DNA of 43,757 nt, from sequence record MT682706.1. The stretch is one strand, 5' to 3'. Every line of letters begins with the position of its first letter. Within the stretch, counting starts at the first letter, position 1. This document shows positions 43,516 through 43,757 of this stretch, piece after piece. Both the position numbers and the translations under genes were made by a program. The notes beneath the pieces were generated by a model. It worked only from the letters and a program-made list of their open reading frames with translations. It ran no database searches and had not been told where the DNA came from. The stretch is from Escherichia phage vB_EcoS_FP.

Positions 43516-43695
43516 TCAAATAAATGGTAGGCATTCGGCGCATCCAAGTCCATCACAGCACAGGAATTCATCCTCTGACTGGAATTGCTTAGCCAAGTCG
43601 ATGTCCAGCTTTCCGAGCAACACAAGTTCTGTGTAATCTTCGTTAAGCCCAATCAGTGCGCATTCGTTACGTAGTTCATCTTTATCAATCTTCAT
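43516..43695 (-). CDS. acidic small protein, first gene of minus-strand early operon (59 aa)
   Basis: Own translation: MKIDKDELRNECALIGLNEDYTELVLLGKLDIDLAKQFQSEDEFLCCDGLGCAECLPFI; RBS GAGGGGATAGAT; net charge about -9. Confidence 0.5.
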   Translation of the reverse strand: MKIDKDELRNECALIGLNEDYTELVLLGKLDIDLAKQFQSEDEFLCCDGLGCAECLPFI

Positions 43696-43699
43696 ATCT

Positions 43700-43757
43700 A
43701 TCCCCTCGTTTTTGATGAGCTAACTATAGCCTCGCCAGACAAACATGTCTTTAGCAA
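43700..43757 (-). promoter_or_regulatory. phage-specific promoter-like module (minus strand), truncated by window end and completed by bases 1-20
   Basis: Minus strand: TTGCTAAAG, 23 nt, TATAGTTAGCTCATCAAAAACGAGGGG; upstream half GGCACTTTT is the reverse complement of window positions 1-17. Confidence 0.5.

Noticed and set aside
1-43757. Integrase, repressor or other lysogeny module, transposase or IS element
   Set aside because: None found on either strand; the only mobile-element-like gene is the HNH endonuclease, so the phage is probably strictly lytic

Overview
This window reads as a complete, circularly closed (or circularly permuted) genome of a virulent siphovirus of about 43.8 kb, of the T1-like/lambda-tailed kind that infects Enterobacteria; all calls are by eye from the sequence and the ORF track, with no database search. 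The evidence for closure is that a promoter motif split across the window end (43700-43757) is completed by bases 1-20. Gene order: early genes of unknown function (641-4704, + strand) with a tRNA-Arg(UCU) at 4244-4321; a structural block on the + strand from terminase small subunit to the J-like central tail fibre (4815-24064), including an HNH endonuclease and a G/GT -1 frameshift; a minus-strand lipoprotein plus putative receptor-binding protein pair (24093-25258); a recombination module of PD-(D/E)xK exonuclease, ERF and SSB (25722-28972); a minus-strand tailspike, primase and HTH regulator (29009-33087); an SF2 helicase, VRR-NUC nuclease, HTH-metallophosphoesterase, HAD phosphatase, P-loop kinase and a lysis cassette of holin, SAR endolysin and unimolecular spanin (33189-40481); and a minus-strand early operon with a P-loop ATPase (40496-43695). 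No integrase or repressor was seen. The most notable features are: (1) a phage-specific promoter-like module, AATAGCAC-GAA-TTGCTAAA, then about 22 bp, then TATAGTTA, present in about 17 copies; (2) two homologous AT-rich non-coding regions with iteron-like repeats and triplet microsatellites; (3) a P-loop ATPase with a diverged paralog that lacks the ATPase core; (4) a structured GC-rich non-coding stretch upstream of the tRNA; (5) several acidic small early proteins that are candidate anti-defence factors.
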